A stretch of DNA of 64,000 nt. Origin: Schmidtea polychroa (Eukaryota). The position numbers and the translations under genes are program-made. How positions within the stretch are numbered: position 1 is the stretch's first letter; every line of letters begins with the position of its first letter. Shown here piece after piece: positions 20,503 to 37,317 of the stretch. The notes under the pieces were generated by a model. That model made no database searches, had not been told where the DNA came from, and worked only from the letters and a program-made list of their open reading frames with translations. Location of the stretch: contig CM097886.1 of NCBI GenBank assembly GCA_044892525.1, positions 135,408,001 to 135,472,000 on the forward strand, written 5' to 3'.

Positions 20503-23500
20503 AAATGTTTAGTTTATATAATGTCTTATTTTTTATTGTTATTAGTTTTAATTGTGATAATACGCTATTTGACTCACATAGAAACAAGTACAATTAATAA
20601 ATTAATTGAAACGGAACTGGTACCATTTGCTTTGTACTATTTGTATAATAACAATATACAAACCTTTCGTTAGTGATGAAGTTCCATCGAACCTTCTTTA
20701 TCATAAATTATGCCGAGTCATTATCTTACCTAACAATTGGTCATGAACAACTCTGCAAACTTATATTAAAAGAATATATAGAAAAAACGAATATTGTACT
20801 TCAAAATTATCTTTTAAACACAAAATCTAATGAAGTTATAATATTTGAAATAAGTCTGAAGTAGCGTTTTAACAGTATTTGACACCGCTTCAATACTGCT
20901 TTGGACCAATTGGATTCTGCTCGCTAACTAATTATTTCGCTTTTTTTAATGATTTAAAGATTTATCGGATTTTAAATACACTAAAAATTTAACAATTTAA
21001 AAAAAAAGATTATTTGAAATTTTTTTACACCAACAATTATATTGAAAAATTCTGAAAAATATCAGTCAATGCATTTTTTAAATATTATTGAATTTTATTA
21101 GAAAATATTTTGAAAGTAAATATATTTAAATTATTTAAATGAAAATGAATATAAAAACCAAAATGAAGTTTTTAATTTGTTTGAATATAGTAGTTGACAT
21201 ACAAACTCAAACTTAAGCAAGAAATTATTAATTTAAGGTAGTTTTATTTGTATTTTTTCACAATGGAATCATTTCTATATTCAAGCAATTATTCTATGAA
21301 CTCTAATATTGTTGTATATTAATGAATTTCAATTAAAGTTTCCAAATTTGTTAAACAAAATTGATTATGAAGTTAGTTTTTATTTAATATATTAATTTTA
21401 GCATGACACTTGAATTTCCGATATCTCATTTTTACAAATTTAATCGCTTAATAAGTTTAATATTACTAATAATGTAATAAATTATCGAACTTCCAATGTT
21501 GATTTTATAGTTCTATTTTGTGCTTTAACCCTATAAACGGGTAATTATAAAAGAGAAAAATCGACATTTTTAATTAAATTTTATTCCATCAACTATTAAT
21601 TAAAGCTAATAAATTTTGCCAATGCAAATCATTATTCAAATGTAAGTAATAACAATGATATAACAATTGTTCACATATATTCTTTGATATAAAATAGTTT
21701 ATCACAATAACCAGGTAGAAATCCTACCTGACAAAGTTCTGAACACCAGAAATAGATCGTTTATTTATTCTGGAACTGGTTATTGTCCTCTATTTTTTCT
21801 TTCTTCTAAATAAGTAAATCGACTTTTCACAGGTTTATCTGTTGTATATTGGCTGTAAATAATATAAGAATAAAATATGAATAATATGAGACAGCATCGA
21901 CATAGAATATTAGTGAAAATATTTCCATGAAAAGTTGAAGTTGTTGGTGTTCGTTTTACATAAGAATCTAAATCCTGTCATCAGTAATATCTGTACTACT
22001 TTCAACATCAGAATCTTTATTTGAATTAGAGCTTGAGGTTCTCTAAGACGATAAGTAACACGCATGACATCGTTTATTACGAAAAAGTCTTGTTCATCTA
22101 ACAAGCATTTTAATTTCTCTAGTGATTTATGAATATTATTATTATTTGATTTATATTTTTCAATTGTTATATGAAAAATAATGGAATATATATAAAATTA
22201 CTATAAAAATGTTTTTTGTTAAAAGAATTTTAAATAAATGGAAAGGAAGGTGACACTCGATTGATTATGAAATTTTATTGTTGTTTATCACCAATAACAA
22301 TTTAAGAGCGCCAAACATGGTTCATGCTACGATTTTCTGCACACCGGTATCACCAATGTACAGGTGAATCTACAAATAAACCTCGATAGGCATTAATTAC
22401 AAATTAATGACGGCCGATAGAAGATCTAACGCCATCGATGGCAGTCTATTCATGGGATCTCACTTCGTTGAATCATACATTTCTATTAACTAATACAACC
22501 GAAAAGCAACAAAATTAACAAAAGCAAAGACAGAATTAATTTAACCACCAGCTCGTCGAGCTTAAACCCAAAAATGCCAAACTCAAATTATCTATTTATA
22601 ACATTAAAAACTTCATTAATGTAATATGGTCTTTTTTTGATGAAAATTTATATAAATAAACAATTTAAAAGTAAAATAAATTTAACAGAAATTAACATGT
22701 ACAGACTTTAAATGGTCATATTTAAGCAAATCCCTCAATTATATCAAATAAAATTTCAAACAAATAAAAACAAATATTTACATCTGAATTGATCTATGAA
22801 CCTGCCACCATCTAAATGTTATTTTCGTTTACAGTTAACTGATTTTCTGTATCATGGATCATTTCGCAGCATAAACTAATGTTTTGAATGAGATGATGAT
22901 ATTAACTTAAGCAGTAGTTTTGAGCTTATCTTCTAACCGCTTCATGATTTAGTTCATTAATTCTATCTATAAGGAAGTTGAAAGATTCTTAAAGATTTAA
23001 ATAGAAATTTTGATAAATTTAAAAAATATTTTAAAAGAAAAATTGAAATTTGTTTAAATAACAAATAAGAAGAGACCAGTTTTTGAGTGTATAATTTATT
23101 AAATAAAATTTATGGAATCATTTAGTGATTTGCAAACAAATTAATGTCCTAACGGATGAGAATCCTAATATGGTGGCAGCGGTAAACACCGACGTGATTT
23201 CCGACAGATTGTTGCCAAAGGTGTTTTGTAAAAGTTCATTAGAAGATGCGAGATTTGTTTCGATGCTAAAGGCGTCAATTAAAAAGAACAGGAAAGATTG
23301 ACTGCATGTATGATCAACGAGGATCTATTAAAGAATATGCAAAAACAGTTTAAAAAAGCAGAAGAATTTCAAGCCAGGTTACGAATGGCATTTGATTACG
23401 AAAGAGACGTAATAGAGGATATCGAAAGTTTATTGAATTATAAAAGAAGAGGCGAAGAGATTGAAACATATTTTTAAATTTTCACTTTAATATAAATACA

Positions 23501-23740
23501 TTAAACTAAACATAAACTAACTTCATTAACACTAATGCAATTGCATGTGTAATCTAAAAAAACTGGCAGAATCATCGATGTGAATTACGAGTTATACTAA
23601 TGTGTATTATTAACGCATAATCAATTAGTAACAAATGGACAACTTTGATTAATGTGAATGCCTTTGGCTAAACTAAATTTTTATATATAAATAAAATTAC
23701 TATAAATTATTAACCATAATATTAAGGATTAGACTCTAAT

Positions 23741-25184
23741 TAGGGGCGTGCAAATGTGGCCCGCGAGGCGAATTTTTCTGGCCCGTGGAAATCAAAAAAC
23801 ATACGAATAAATTGAGTTTTATACTTTGATAGCTAAAAGGCTCCGCGATTCTTCTTCTTTTAATTGTTCCTATAAAATTTTCATGAACTCAATTGTAAAC
23901 TCCAAACACAAAATCAACTTATTCACGAACTTTATGGTCACATATTGTCTTTTCAAAGCAAGCTAATTCTGTGGAAAACCCAATTAAAGCAAGGAAATGC
24001 TTATCACTTTCCAACACTTTTAAAGCATTTTGAAAGTGAATTATGTTGTCAGGAATTTGCCAATGAATTGGAAATTTTACATGAAGAATTTATGATCCGA
24101 TTTAATGATTTTCGAATTCATAATATTGGATTTAAAATTTTTTCTTCTCCATTCGATGTTGATGTTTCAACAGCTCCACATCAAATCCAACTGGAACTGA
24201 TAGAGTTACAGGGGAGAATAGAGCTGAGGATGAAAGCAAAAACCATGAAACTCCTTGATTTTTATCAGCAACTTTTTCCAGCAAGCGAATTTTTCAATCT
24301 ATCAAGATTTGTTCAAAAGCGACTGGCTTTGATTGGTAGCACTTACAAGTGTGAGCAGCTATTCTCCAGAATGAAATTCGTTAAATCAGTTCAGAGATCC
24401 AGGATAACTGATCATCATCTTGAAAGTTCCTTGCGATTAGCAATATCCGGGATTTCACCGGACATTAATTCTCTTCAGCGCTCGAAGTGGAACAAAATAT
24501 GTGCCGGGATAGGCATGCTGTGGCACCCGGGATTCCAGGCCTTTATGCAGAAATTTTCAGTTGGGGGTGTTGCAAAACTTTGGGGGGTGTCCAACAAATT
24601 TTTTTGGGGGGGGTGTCCACCCATTTAATCATAAGTTGCTGGTTTAACTAAAATAAATAAGAGAATATACCTACCTATCCATTACTGCTGCTTGGGAAAT
24701 TCTTAATTGAATAGAGAATAGAGAATAAAGAATATATATACATATATGGATGTACTATGTGTGACCTTAATTGCAGTATTTGTGTGCCTATAAAATGAAA
24801 TAAGTACCGGGATAAACCTATAGATTATATGAAATGAAGTGCCGGGATGCAATTCCGCCTACATAATCAATGCCGGGATAATATCCCGGCTATCCCGCCT
24901 CACTTCGAGCACTGATTCTCTTGTGGAGAGTTCAAAGTCACAGAAAGAATAAAATAATTAATCTGTTCATTTTTTTAAATAGTTTAAAGCGGATATTATT
25001 GTACACTATGCTAACTAGCTGCAGTAATTAAGCGTATAGTGTCCTGTTTTTTAGATTAAAAGGTAAACCCTAAGAAAAATTCCGCTGAAAAGAAATTGGG
25101 TTTTTTTTAAAAAATTTTTTCTGGCCCTATAAAAATAATTTTCCTAAAAGTGGCCCTCAGACCACTTTTGGCTGCACACCTCTG
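23741..25184 (+). mobile_element. internally deleted GTF2IRD2/SPIN-type hAT
   Basis: Termini TAGGGGCGTGCA / CAGAGGTGTGCA(rc); transposase C-terminus 23945-24960 (QLELIELQ...GSTYKCEQLFSRMK...RSRITD); TSD not clean. Confidence 0.75.
24476..24914. mobile_element. hAT MITE (439 bp) nested in the transposase remnant
   Basis: TIRs CAG(C/T)GCTCGAAGTG; perfect 8-bp TSD ATTCTCTT; internal CCGGGAT motifs. Confidence 0.9.
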
Positions 25185-25593
25185 GATTAGAGCATTAAAG
25201 ATCTTGAGACATAATTAACTTGAACAATAACGAGTCTTAACATTTTGATTACCCTAAAATCACGCACATAAGCCGCGGCTTATATGAAAAAGTCAATTTT
25301 TCTTGAAAGTGTCAAGTGATTTTTTTTTATCTGCGCCATTTTAGGGTAATTGTTTCGAGCTATTTTTAGATGTATAATTAAATAATAACTATATACTTTG
25401 TACCAGTCAGCAATTTGAATTGAATTTCATAGCTGATCAAATTGGTAACTTGAATAAATAAAGACTTTAATATATTAATAATTAATAAAAAATTACCAAT
25501 TGTTTTCACCCTTAAATCTACTGCAGTGCCATTATAAACTTATATAAATATACAAAATTTATCATTTCAAAAATAGTTTAAAATAAAACAAAT

Positions 25594-26525
25594 GGGCTGT
25601 TTAGAAATTATGTAACGCTCTTTTTACCATTTTTAACCCGACACTCCCCCTATTAACAGATCATAACAAATTTCTAGGACCCCCAAAAGAGGAATAACTT
25701 AACAAAAAATAAAAGATTTTTAAATATTTCTGATTTAATTTTTTTATTAAAATAAACAAAACTAACTTTAAAATAAAAACTTAAATGGAAAAAATAAAAT
25801 AATATAAACCAAAAAACATACAAAATTCATTATAACTTTAAAGTATAAACAAAATAGGAAAAAATAAAATAATAAATAACCATAAAAAACAAAAAAAAAT
25901 TTATTATAAATTTAATTAGAGAAAAAGCCAACATAGTCCGACAATCTGAAATTTGAAACCAAGCACTTAAAAAGGCCCTTTTTATAAATATTTAGGGCGT
26001 ACTTTATTCAGTCTCCCACGGAGAAGCAAAGTATTCATCCATTGACAAAACGGGGTTGTCATTAGATTTATTCTCATTAACAATTTCAACGTTTGTCAAA
26101 TCGACGTTCTCTTCAACAGTCCTTCAGCATTTTCGTATCCTTCCTGTAGAACAATTATAGCCATTAATTCACGTTTTCTTCTGGCTGCAACACGCAATGG
26201 CATAATTTCTTTTCACATAGATCGATGATTTGTGGTGGACATTTTTGACGTGATCTTTTAGCATCACTTGAGAAGCAAAATATATTTCACAAGTTGAGCA
26301 TGTTCTATCTTTAAGAACATTTCGAACTGAAAGACCATACATATCGTACGGTAAAGATTTTAGAGGTTGTTCATTTATAGATGGTAGACATAAATTGTTT
26401 AATAAAAAGAAAGGGTTAAAACTTGACGTTTCATCACTTTTTCTATCGGTGGCAGCTTTTAATCCATTATTGGTTTGGATAAGTGGAATTGGTGGTAAAA
26501 TATTTTTTTGTTCATTAAAGTAAAG
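25594..26525 (-). mobile_element. tentative Zator-like element end with transposase C-terminal remnant
   Basis: Terminus GGGCTGTTTAGAAATTATGTAACGC; minus-strand PYDMY..SV...LKDRTCSTCEIYFAS...LKDH...H and PLRVAARRKRELM. Confidence 0.45.
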
Positions 26526-29415
<2,890 letters not shown>

Positions 29416-29729
29416 ATATATATATTAGAAAATAACAAAATAATAAGGCTACAAAATGACTCCTTTATATTTTAAAAATTTTATACAATTAAACAAAAAA
29501 TAATATAACTATGGTTTTAATAAAACGCTTCAGGCTTTTATTTTTTGACAATTTATGTTCAATATATATTAGTGTCAGATTTCCTAGGTTTTCCTGAGAC
29601 AGGTAGTTCAGAGATAATTTTTAATTAATTTGAGTTTTGATAAACTTCGTTAAAAAATTCTAATGAGAATATTAAAATTGTGGAAATGTATGCATTAATT
29701 CTATTTCTATGATATTTTGTAATATTTCT

Positions 29730-30215
29730 AAGAGATTGTTCCATACCGAGAGGAAATTTCTCGGTAGGTCAGTATTTCATTAAATAATTGGATAGATATC
29801 GTGTTTGTATTTTCTGACTGGAATTTTACATTTCAGAAACATTTTCTATATTTGATCACTTTTTTGTCAAGTCGATAACTTTAAGTAAAGGAAGTGATTA
29901 TCGTGAAAAATAGTGTCACGATTTTGATAAAGACGATTATAGTACAAGTTATATGCAATCAATTGTTAGAAATATGGGATATCTAAATAAAAATATGAAT
30001 TGTGGTATCAACATGACGGATTTTAAGAACAAGTATCCATTCTTTACATTTGTATTGGCACCCGATTTTGATCTTCATCAAAGTCAGTTACCTCAAAGTG
30101 GAAATTTACGATTAGATATTAAATTTGCATCTTCACTTACTGAAGCTGTTTCTGTAATTGTAGAGTTTTTGAAAAAGAAATTCAAATTGCATCTACTCGT
30201 ACCGTTTTGGTATAA
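29730..30215 (+). pseudogene. Polinton/Maverick major capsid protein, C-terminal remnant
   Basis: DF...Y..SY.S...G......GI...DF...Y.FF.F.L.PD...GNLRLDIKF...L...V.VIV, then frameshifted VFEKEIQIASTRTVLV*. Confidence 0.7.
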
Positions 30216-30329
30216 TATAAACCAAATATAGAAAATCAATTAATCAAATATGAAGTAAGAAATAATTTTATTTTTTATTAATTTACTTCTATTCAGATCA
30301 GTGCCGTAGCTAGGAATTTGTCTGCGGGT

Positions 30330-31984
30330 GGGCAGACCAATTTTGCGGAGGGGCAATATGAACTTGTAGAAGAATACATACAGCTGTTGACAGATACTAA
30401 AGTACAGCGCCACTGTTTCGTTTGAGGAAACAGCATACTGGACCACGAGATGCAGCTGATGGTTAACCCTTTCGCCCCTATTGGGACAATACGTCCCAGA
30501 AACTTTCATCATGATCCTACTGGGATATTTTCAAAGCAGTTTGCGGTGTTATCCCAGGTTATTATCCTAGGACTTTCTAGGATATTCAGAAGCGCCACGA
30601 TTACAAAAATGAGAATATTTCATATTTAGGTCAATATTAACAAGTTCCAATATATAAATTTAGCATAGTGTCATTAGCGGAAAGTCGGTGCGAAAGGGTT
30701 AAAACAGTGAATATAAGGCACTCTGCGATGAAGCCGCTGTTGCAGAAGAGATTGGATTCCACCTTTGTGTCCGGAATTGACACTGGCTCCGTCATAACAC
30801 TGAGCCAATATCCTATCAAGACGAATCTTGTTCTTCTGGAGATGATTGATCAATAAGTGTGTCAAACTCTCTGCATCCAGCTTAGATGTGTCTGCAATAC
30901 ATAACAAACGTTCACGAACTTTTCCCTTGAGATCGACAAATCGTAAAACAATTGAGATATTTTCAATTCCGTTTACATCCTTTGTGCCATCACACATAAT
31001 AGTGAACCAATTGTCATCCAGTTCTGTTACAATTCTTTCTTTAACTAGATCAGCCAAGTGGTGAATAATTTCATTTTGAAATTGGGCTGACGTGTAAGAG
31101 GCATTCCGAGAAATGGTACTATATACACTTGCTAAGTATGGATCCTTCTGCAAAGTGTATTGAAAGAGTTTAACAAATAGACCACATGGCTCAGTTGGCT
31201 CTGAAGTATCATCAACCACACTGCCTAACTTTTGAAGCCCTGCCGAATCTTGAGTACCTCGTAGAGGTAATTCATTCGCTGTTAGGAAGAAAATTATGTC
31301 CATCATTGATCGAACATAGTAGCGGTTCCTCTCGCACTGCTCATCATTCACCTTAGTACTAACTTCCTGTCCCATTAGTTGTCGATGTTGTAAATCTTTT
31401 AAGAGTGCCATGGCGGTTCCATGAGCCTTCGACTTTTCATGCTTTACTAAGCCTCGCTTCCAGTTCCGATAGCCTTTGTGAGTAAAAGCAGCTTCTGATT
31501 CCGCCTGGTGTGTCGATATACATCCAAGATGCGAGAACTTGTAACACGGAAAGCAAAATGCCGCATCTCGGATTTTACTATATTCCAGCCAATCGTGATT
31601 GTTGAACCATGCTGGGTTGAAGCGACGTTCAACTTGACCAAACATTGTTTTAGGGTATGCTGAAGGGAACAATTTTGGCTGCATAGGCTTATCAACTCCG
31701 AGATCTAGAGGTCGTTCTGACTGAGATGACAATGAAACTAGCTGAGATGATAATAGAACTGGTTCAAATGAAGAAGAAATTGGTTGTGAGGATGATGGAT
31801 CGGTATCAGATGATGACAGAATTTCATGAGAGGTGTCATCTGCTGAGTTTATCTGATTACAAATGAGTGTCTTTTCTCCAATACTACTTTTAGGTGTTGT
31901 TGGGATATTGGTGACAGCTGTAGTCATCGGGCTTTTATTCGCACAAGTGGATAACTTTGTGACGAAGAATTTTCGTATGTCCAT
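30330..31984 (-). pseudogene. hAT transposase (TTF zinc finger, DUF4371), interrupted by a MITE and 3'-truncated
   Basis: RRFNPAWF..HDWLEYS..DAAFCFPC; CDGTKD; QCYDGAS; HCFN|HQLHLVV resumes after the MITE. Confidence 0.88.
30467..30698. mobile_element. piggyBac-type MITE (232 bp)
   Basis: TTAA TSD on both sides; TIR CCCTTTCGC(C/A)CC; removing it restores HCFNHQLHLVV. Confidence 0.9.
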
Positions 31985-32639
31985 AATTGATACCTAAACA
32001 GAGAAAATAATATAACTATGAAGGAAAAAATAGTTGTTTTTTTAAATGATTTCAATGATGTTTGATGAATTCAGATATATTAATAATTAAATGATATGAA
32101 ATAAAAAGAATCACAGCTGCTGAGCAGCATGATAGTCTGAAATGGACATACCTAAGGATTGACGCCAGGAGTTAAATAAGTGACGGCGAATTTAAATAAG
32201 TGGAAGTTTACGTCGGCGAATTTAAACAATGATCATAGTTACAATAAGTATTTTATTCAGATAATTATTCAATTTAATTAATACTTATATTTAATTATAA
32301 ATTACGTAATTTAATTAATTATATTTAATTATTAAATACTGAATTTAATGCAATATATTTAATTATTAAGTAATAGTAACATATTTTATAATTAAATATA
32401 AGGAATTAATTTACGTATTTTATAATTAAATATAATGAATTAAATTATGTCATTTATATTTAAATATAAATATCACTTGTACGAATTGTATGATTAAATA
32501 TAATTATAAATTATATACATATTTTCCATTGCTGAATTGAAGTTATTTTCGTATTTATTTGGTGAAAATAACGGGGACAAAGTCAGTCAACGGGGTGGCA
32601 CTGCCCACCCATGCCCCCCCCCCCGTGGTTACGGCACTG

Positions 32640-32965
32640 ATTCAGATACAAATTATTTGAAGAAAATTACTAGGAACAGAATTTCTTGGTGTTTTCCCAT
32701 TAGACAAAATACCTTATTTAGATATCAACAAAGCAATAGTTGTAAATACACAATCTGCTAATCTGAATGGTGAACATTGGCTTGCGATATACATGAAACC
32801 AGACAAAATATATGCATCCAATGGGATTCTATTATCCACCTTTATTAATCAATAAACTACAACCAATGTCGATGCCAATTGAATACAATTGAATACGCTA
32901 CCAAAATCCTACGACAAAAACATGTGGACAACATTGTTTGGCTTAGTTAAAGTCTATGAAATAAA
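32640..32965 (+). pseudogene. Polinton adenain-like cysteine protease remnant (5' end split off by the hAT at 30298/32640)
   Basis: FLGVFPLDKIP...VVNTQSANLNGEHWLAIY...YN..RYQNPTTKTCGQHC, with stops and frameshift. Confidence 0.8.
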
Positions 32966-33204
32966 TTTTGAATAAAAAGTGTAGTATTTAAAAAAAATAT
33001 AAAATAACGATTAAAAATTTATTCATAAAACATAATCATATCTCTTTTCAAACATGATAACCGATCCATTAAATATGGATTCCAGATAGTTTGATTAGTT
33101 GATTCAGTTATTTTTTCATCTAGTACTTCGAATTGATAAATATTTTCTATAATTAAAATATATATTCGAAAATTTCCAAATTTAATATTGTTATATCTTC
33201 ATAA

Positions 33205-33638
33205 TTATTTAATCATCATAAAATTAAAATGATAACGAAAATATTTGGTTATCTCATTTCGAATATTTCTTGATACAATCTTCATTTGAAATTTTCTTTT
33301 TATATTGATAATTCTGATCATTTCAAATGATAACAAGTTTTGTTGAAATTCTGCATTATTCAATAACAATGACTGTTCATTGATAAAGTATATTTCATTC
33401 ATTACGCCAATGTTATCATTATTAAACTCTGGTAAATAATGTTTTGCGGCATGTACAATATAAATCGCTTTTTGATTTGTATTGTATAAAAATTATTTTT
33501 AAAATAGATTTGATCATCTAAAAAACACTGGGTAACTAGTTCAGTTTCAATATTTTTAATAATAAGTTCTATAACAAATTGATAAATTTTCGATAAAATA
33601 TCTACCTCTGAAATACTGTTAAATAATAGTGTTATCAA
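33205..33638 (-). other. two small abutting ORFs of unknown nature, possibly Polinton-derived
   Basis: Located next to the protease remnant; no motif recognised. Confidence 0.25.
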
Positions 33639-34054
33639 TCCAAAATGATCTTCTAAATCTACATTGCTACAATCGGTAAATTTCTATTTCAATGGAATAA
33701 ACGGGTAATTTCTGTTTCTGTTTCTGATGCATATCATAATGTAATCTAAATCAATTAGATCATCTAATAAAAACATAAAAATTGCTTTTTGACAAATATC
33801 TTTGTATACTATAATTTGCAAATACTCTTTCGGGTTCACTGGCTACCGATAGAAGGATTGCGTCCGATTTATATTCTGGTCCCTATCTTCAACTTCTTTT
33901 CCCCAACATCGTCATGAAATTCAACATACCTATAGAACATTCGATCATTTTGTACATATAACTATGTAAAATATATTTATTTCTCACGAGTATGGGAATT
34001 TTTTGGGTGTGAGTGTCGGCTAGGTGAGCTAGCTTAAGCTTCTCATAAGGTGCT

Positions 34055-34321
34055 CTACTCAGTCAGCTCCACAGTACCTGGGCGGATTCGTTCCGCCAAA
34101 TCTTTGTTGATCTCGTTTTGGTTGAGCTGGGTCTCTAGCTTTCTGACCTGAGCGTTTTGAAGCTGCAGCTTTTGGATCAGCTTCAGACGCTTCGGGATGT
34201 CGGTGGGGCTAAACCAACTACCCTCGAGTTTTCAGCACCGACCCTTGAACTTCGCGATCCGACGTTGTATATCTTCTACTTGTTGTTGCGCTCGTTCTCG
34301 GTCCTCACGCATTTTCTCCAT
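34055..34321 (-). pseudogene. distant homolog of the giant-LTR ORF
   Basis: IAKFKGRC*KLEGSWFSP aligns without gaps to IGALKKRIDLYEGTWFSP. Confidence 0.55.
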
Positions 34322-35881
34322 TAGCTGTATCACTGAATGATAGAAACGAATAAAAGATAATTTGCTGAGATTTAATTCTATTCTGAAAGTCATGAAAGTA
34401 ATCCCCGCGCTGCGGACGCTTGGATTCGTTGCTATTGAGATAAGTGATAATGTAGTTGAAGCATTGTAATATCTTTCCTCTGGTTGCCGATTTGTATCAA
34501 TACCAACACGGGACTTTCGGAACATTTTGACCATTTTCCTGACTTTTACAACAATCTTATGAAGCTCAAGAATAAATATTGTTTGGTTATCATTGTACAC
34601 GATGAGTTCTTCAATAGAACCTTCATTTTCATTTTCAAAGTCAAATTCTTCAATTTGCTCATTTTCTTGGTTGATCTATTCTTCTAATGTAATTTCTGAA
34701 CTTTATATAGAGCTACCAAATGAATGACAGTATGGAAACAATATGGAATCGGCTAGTATAACGGTCATACTTAAAACATGTTTGCACCACCAATAAAATA
34801 TCATACAAATTGAAACTTTTTTTGACAATCTGAATTACTTTTTCATTGAAACTAATTGAAAACCAACCATTGTCTTTGATTTTTTGATTATTTTAGTTAT
34901 TTTATTCTTCTCTGTTTGAAAATGTTTCATAAATAAAATTTTTGTTTGGTTAGCACTGTTAAGATCGAAAAGTGGGGGTTACTGATCTCAACACTATGAC
35001 TCCAATAAATAAAAATAGGTATAAATATAATATATCTAATGTGGTGGCAAGTATTTAAATTAAAATAGAATGATGAATTAAAAACAAACTCCTTTCTCTT
35101 TTATAAATAATTTACAAACAATAATTTACAACTATGTGTAGAGATAAAAATACAAGACAATGGATTTGTTAATCCATACTGTTTATCTCAGCCTGCAAGA
35201 GATCGATGGCTCCTGTGTAGCACAACGATCGCAAAGTTGACGAAAGAGTTTGGTAAGTAAGTGGGAATTATTTTGGGGCACCCAGGGAATACTAAAGTAA
35301 GTTTGTATTCGCTATATTATAAAAATAAAACTTAACTGGATACTGATTTATCCTTTTCTTATAATTTAACAAAAATATTTCTTAGCTTTACCTTTGGTAA
35401 ATTCAAATCAATTTCTTCGCCTTTTCAAAAATATCACAAATTTTTCTGACTTTCCTAAATAAAATTTCCCTCGTTAACTTTATATGAAAATTGAACGACA
35501 GCTGTTTTTTAAATTCTTTCTCCCAAAGTTCAATTGTCGGTGCAGCTGTTTCACCACTACGTCGATCAATTTTTTGGTCTAAGTACTTTGTACTGATTGC
35601 AAAATTTCTTCTGATTCAAGTCTTTTCAGCCTACAATTGCGTGATTTTTTCTCGTCTGATTTTATTGTCCCTTGGTTCTTATTTTTAACCAGTATTTATA
35701 ATAGATAATATTTATTTTATATATTAGTAATAATAAAATTACTATTTATAGTATCAGTATGATTAAATATTACTATGAACAACTTATTTCTATTTATAGT
35801 ATTTAATTAAACCTATATATTATTTATTATTTTTATTTATCCTATTTCCAAATATAGTAATTTTCTATTGTTTTTATTATT

Positions 35882-36215
35882 TTAACTTTCAGGCTCCAGG
35901 CCTATCCTTAACAGCACTATTAGAATGAGCACATTAAATGCTTTAAAATGTCGTCTTATCAATAAATTATTGGTAAACTGATGAAACGTCATACCACCTA
36001 CTGCAACTAATTTTGTTATAACCTGTTCGACAGATTCTACAATTTTTGTGAAATAGTCATCACTTTTTCGATATTTCAATTTGGGTTCGTCGCTATCAAA
36101 TTTAAAACATGCTAATACTTCAATTTGATGTTTTGTCTTCGTGTGTATTATCAAACTTTTTGTATTTGAACCTGTAGTCTTCAGGATTGTTGTACAAATA
36201 TTACATTTAATTAAT
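35882..36215 (-). pseudogene. BED-finger hAT transposase N-terminal remnant
   Basis: KCNICTTILKTTGSNTKSLIIHTKTKH (C-C-H-H), followed by SVEQVITKLVAVGGMTF. Confidence 0.6.
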
Positions 36216-36229
36216 GTTAATGCTAATTT

Positions 36230-36700
36230 TTATGCCTATCTTCGAAGCACTGATCTGGGCCCAAGTTTTGCAGTACCATGACGTTTCCTTCTTAAGCTTA
36301 TTTTGCAAACACAGCTTACAACGTAGGAAATATGTTTTGTGTTTGTAGTTTTCAGGAACTTTTCACCAGAAAATGCTTAATATTGTTTTCTTCAGTTTCA
36401 TTACTCGTTGAGTTAGAAATTGAAGAGGTTTACACTTTGCTTTGTTCAGAAAAACATTGATCTGATTATATTTTTATCATCAATATTCAATAACTGGCGA
36501 ATCAGAGTCTCTCTAAATGCTATGTATTTTCTATCGGGATTTACGCATTTTTTAGAAATGTAGTATGCATTCCACACAGCAACATCAAGTAAATGGAATA
36601 TAATTTTTATACCAGCGAATCGTTTTGCGGAGGCAGAAATAATATACAATCAAACTTAAATGTCACCTATGTAGCAATAATGAATCGTCTAAAGAAAGTT
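36230..36700 (-). pseudogene. piggyBac transposase C-terminal remnant
   Basis: KIIFHLLDVAVWNAY...FRETLIRQLL and Cys-rich RCKLCLQNKLKKETSWYCKT. Confidence 0.75.
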
Positions 36701-37317
36701 GCTCGCCAAAGAAATAAGAAGTTTGTTTAAACTTGCGCATAAATAACCTAAAATATTTTGCTGTGCCATTATGATTGTATTGAAGGGCCGTATTGTGACA
36801 CAATATGCTCAAGTTTATACTGTGTTAAATGGACGAACCGATTGCTTCAGCTTTCATGTCACAAATTTGAAATCTTGGATGGCGGCTCTAGCTGTTTTGT
36901 TCATCAACGCGTTAAAAATTTTACCATATACCATATTTGCGCTTCGAATTTACGTCCTCTAAGATTCTAAACTGTAAAAAAAAACAAATTGAAAATATAA
37001 ATATCGAATATAATCTGTAATTAACACAGCTAAGCTACAAAGCATCAGAAAAGTGTGCAAATAATGCTTTTAATTATACGATGGCGTATATGCACATTAA
37101 GTTATTTTAAAACAAATAAATACATACCTAATAAAAGAATAATACTAACTGCTAGAATTATAATTTTTTTGCTACGCAATAATAAGTGCCGAGAACACAA
37201 CACAATTTAACTAAACACAAACTACAGAAAGCAGGCATGGTCATGTAGCTGAAGTATTGCGCAATTATTATTATTATTAGTCTCCTATATAACAAAAACA
37301 AAGATAATCATGAAAAT

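Larger units (their letters stand above)
30299..32639 (-). mobile_element. internally deleted hAT (ZMYM1/DUF4371-type)
   Basis: TIRs CAGTGCCGTA; perfect 8-bp TSD ATTCAGAT (30291-30298, 32640-32647). Confidence 0.93.

Noticed and set aside
21700-23480. GC-richer islands with fragmentary reading frames
   Set aside because: Multiple stops in all frames and no motif I could assign; probably old TE debris.
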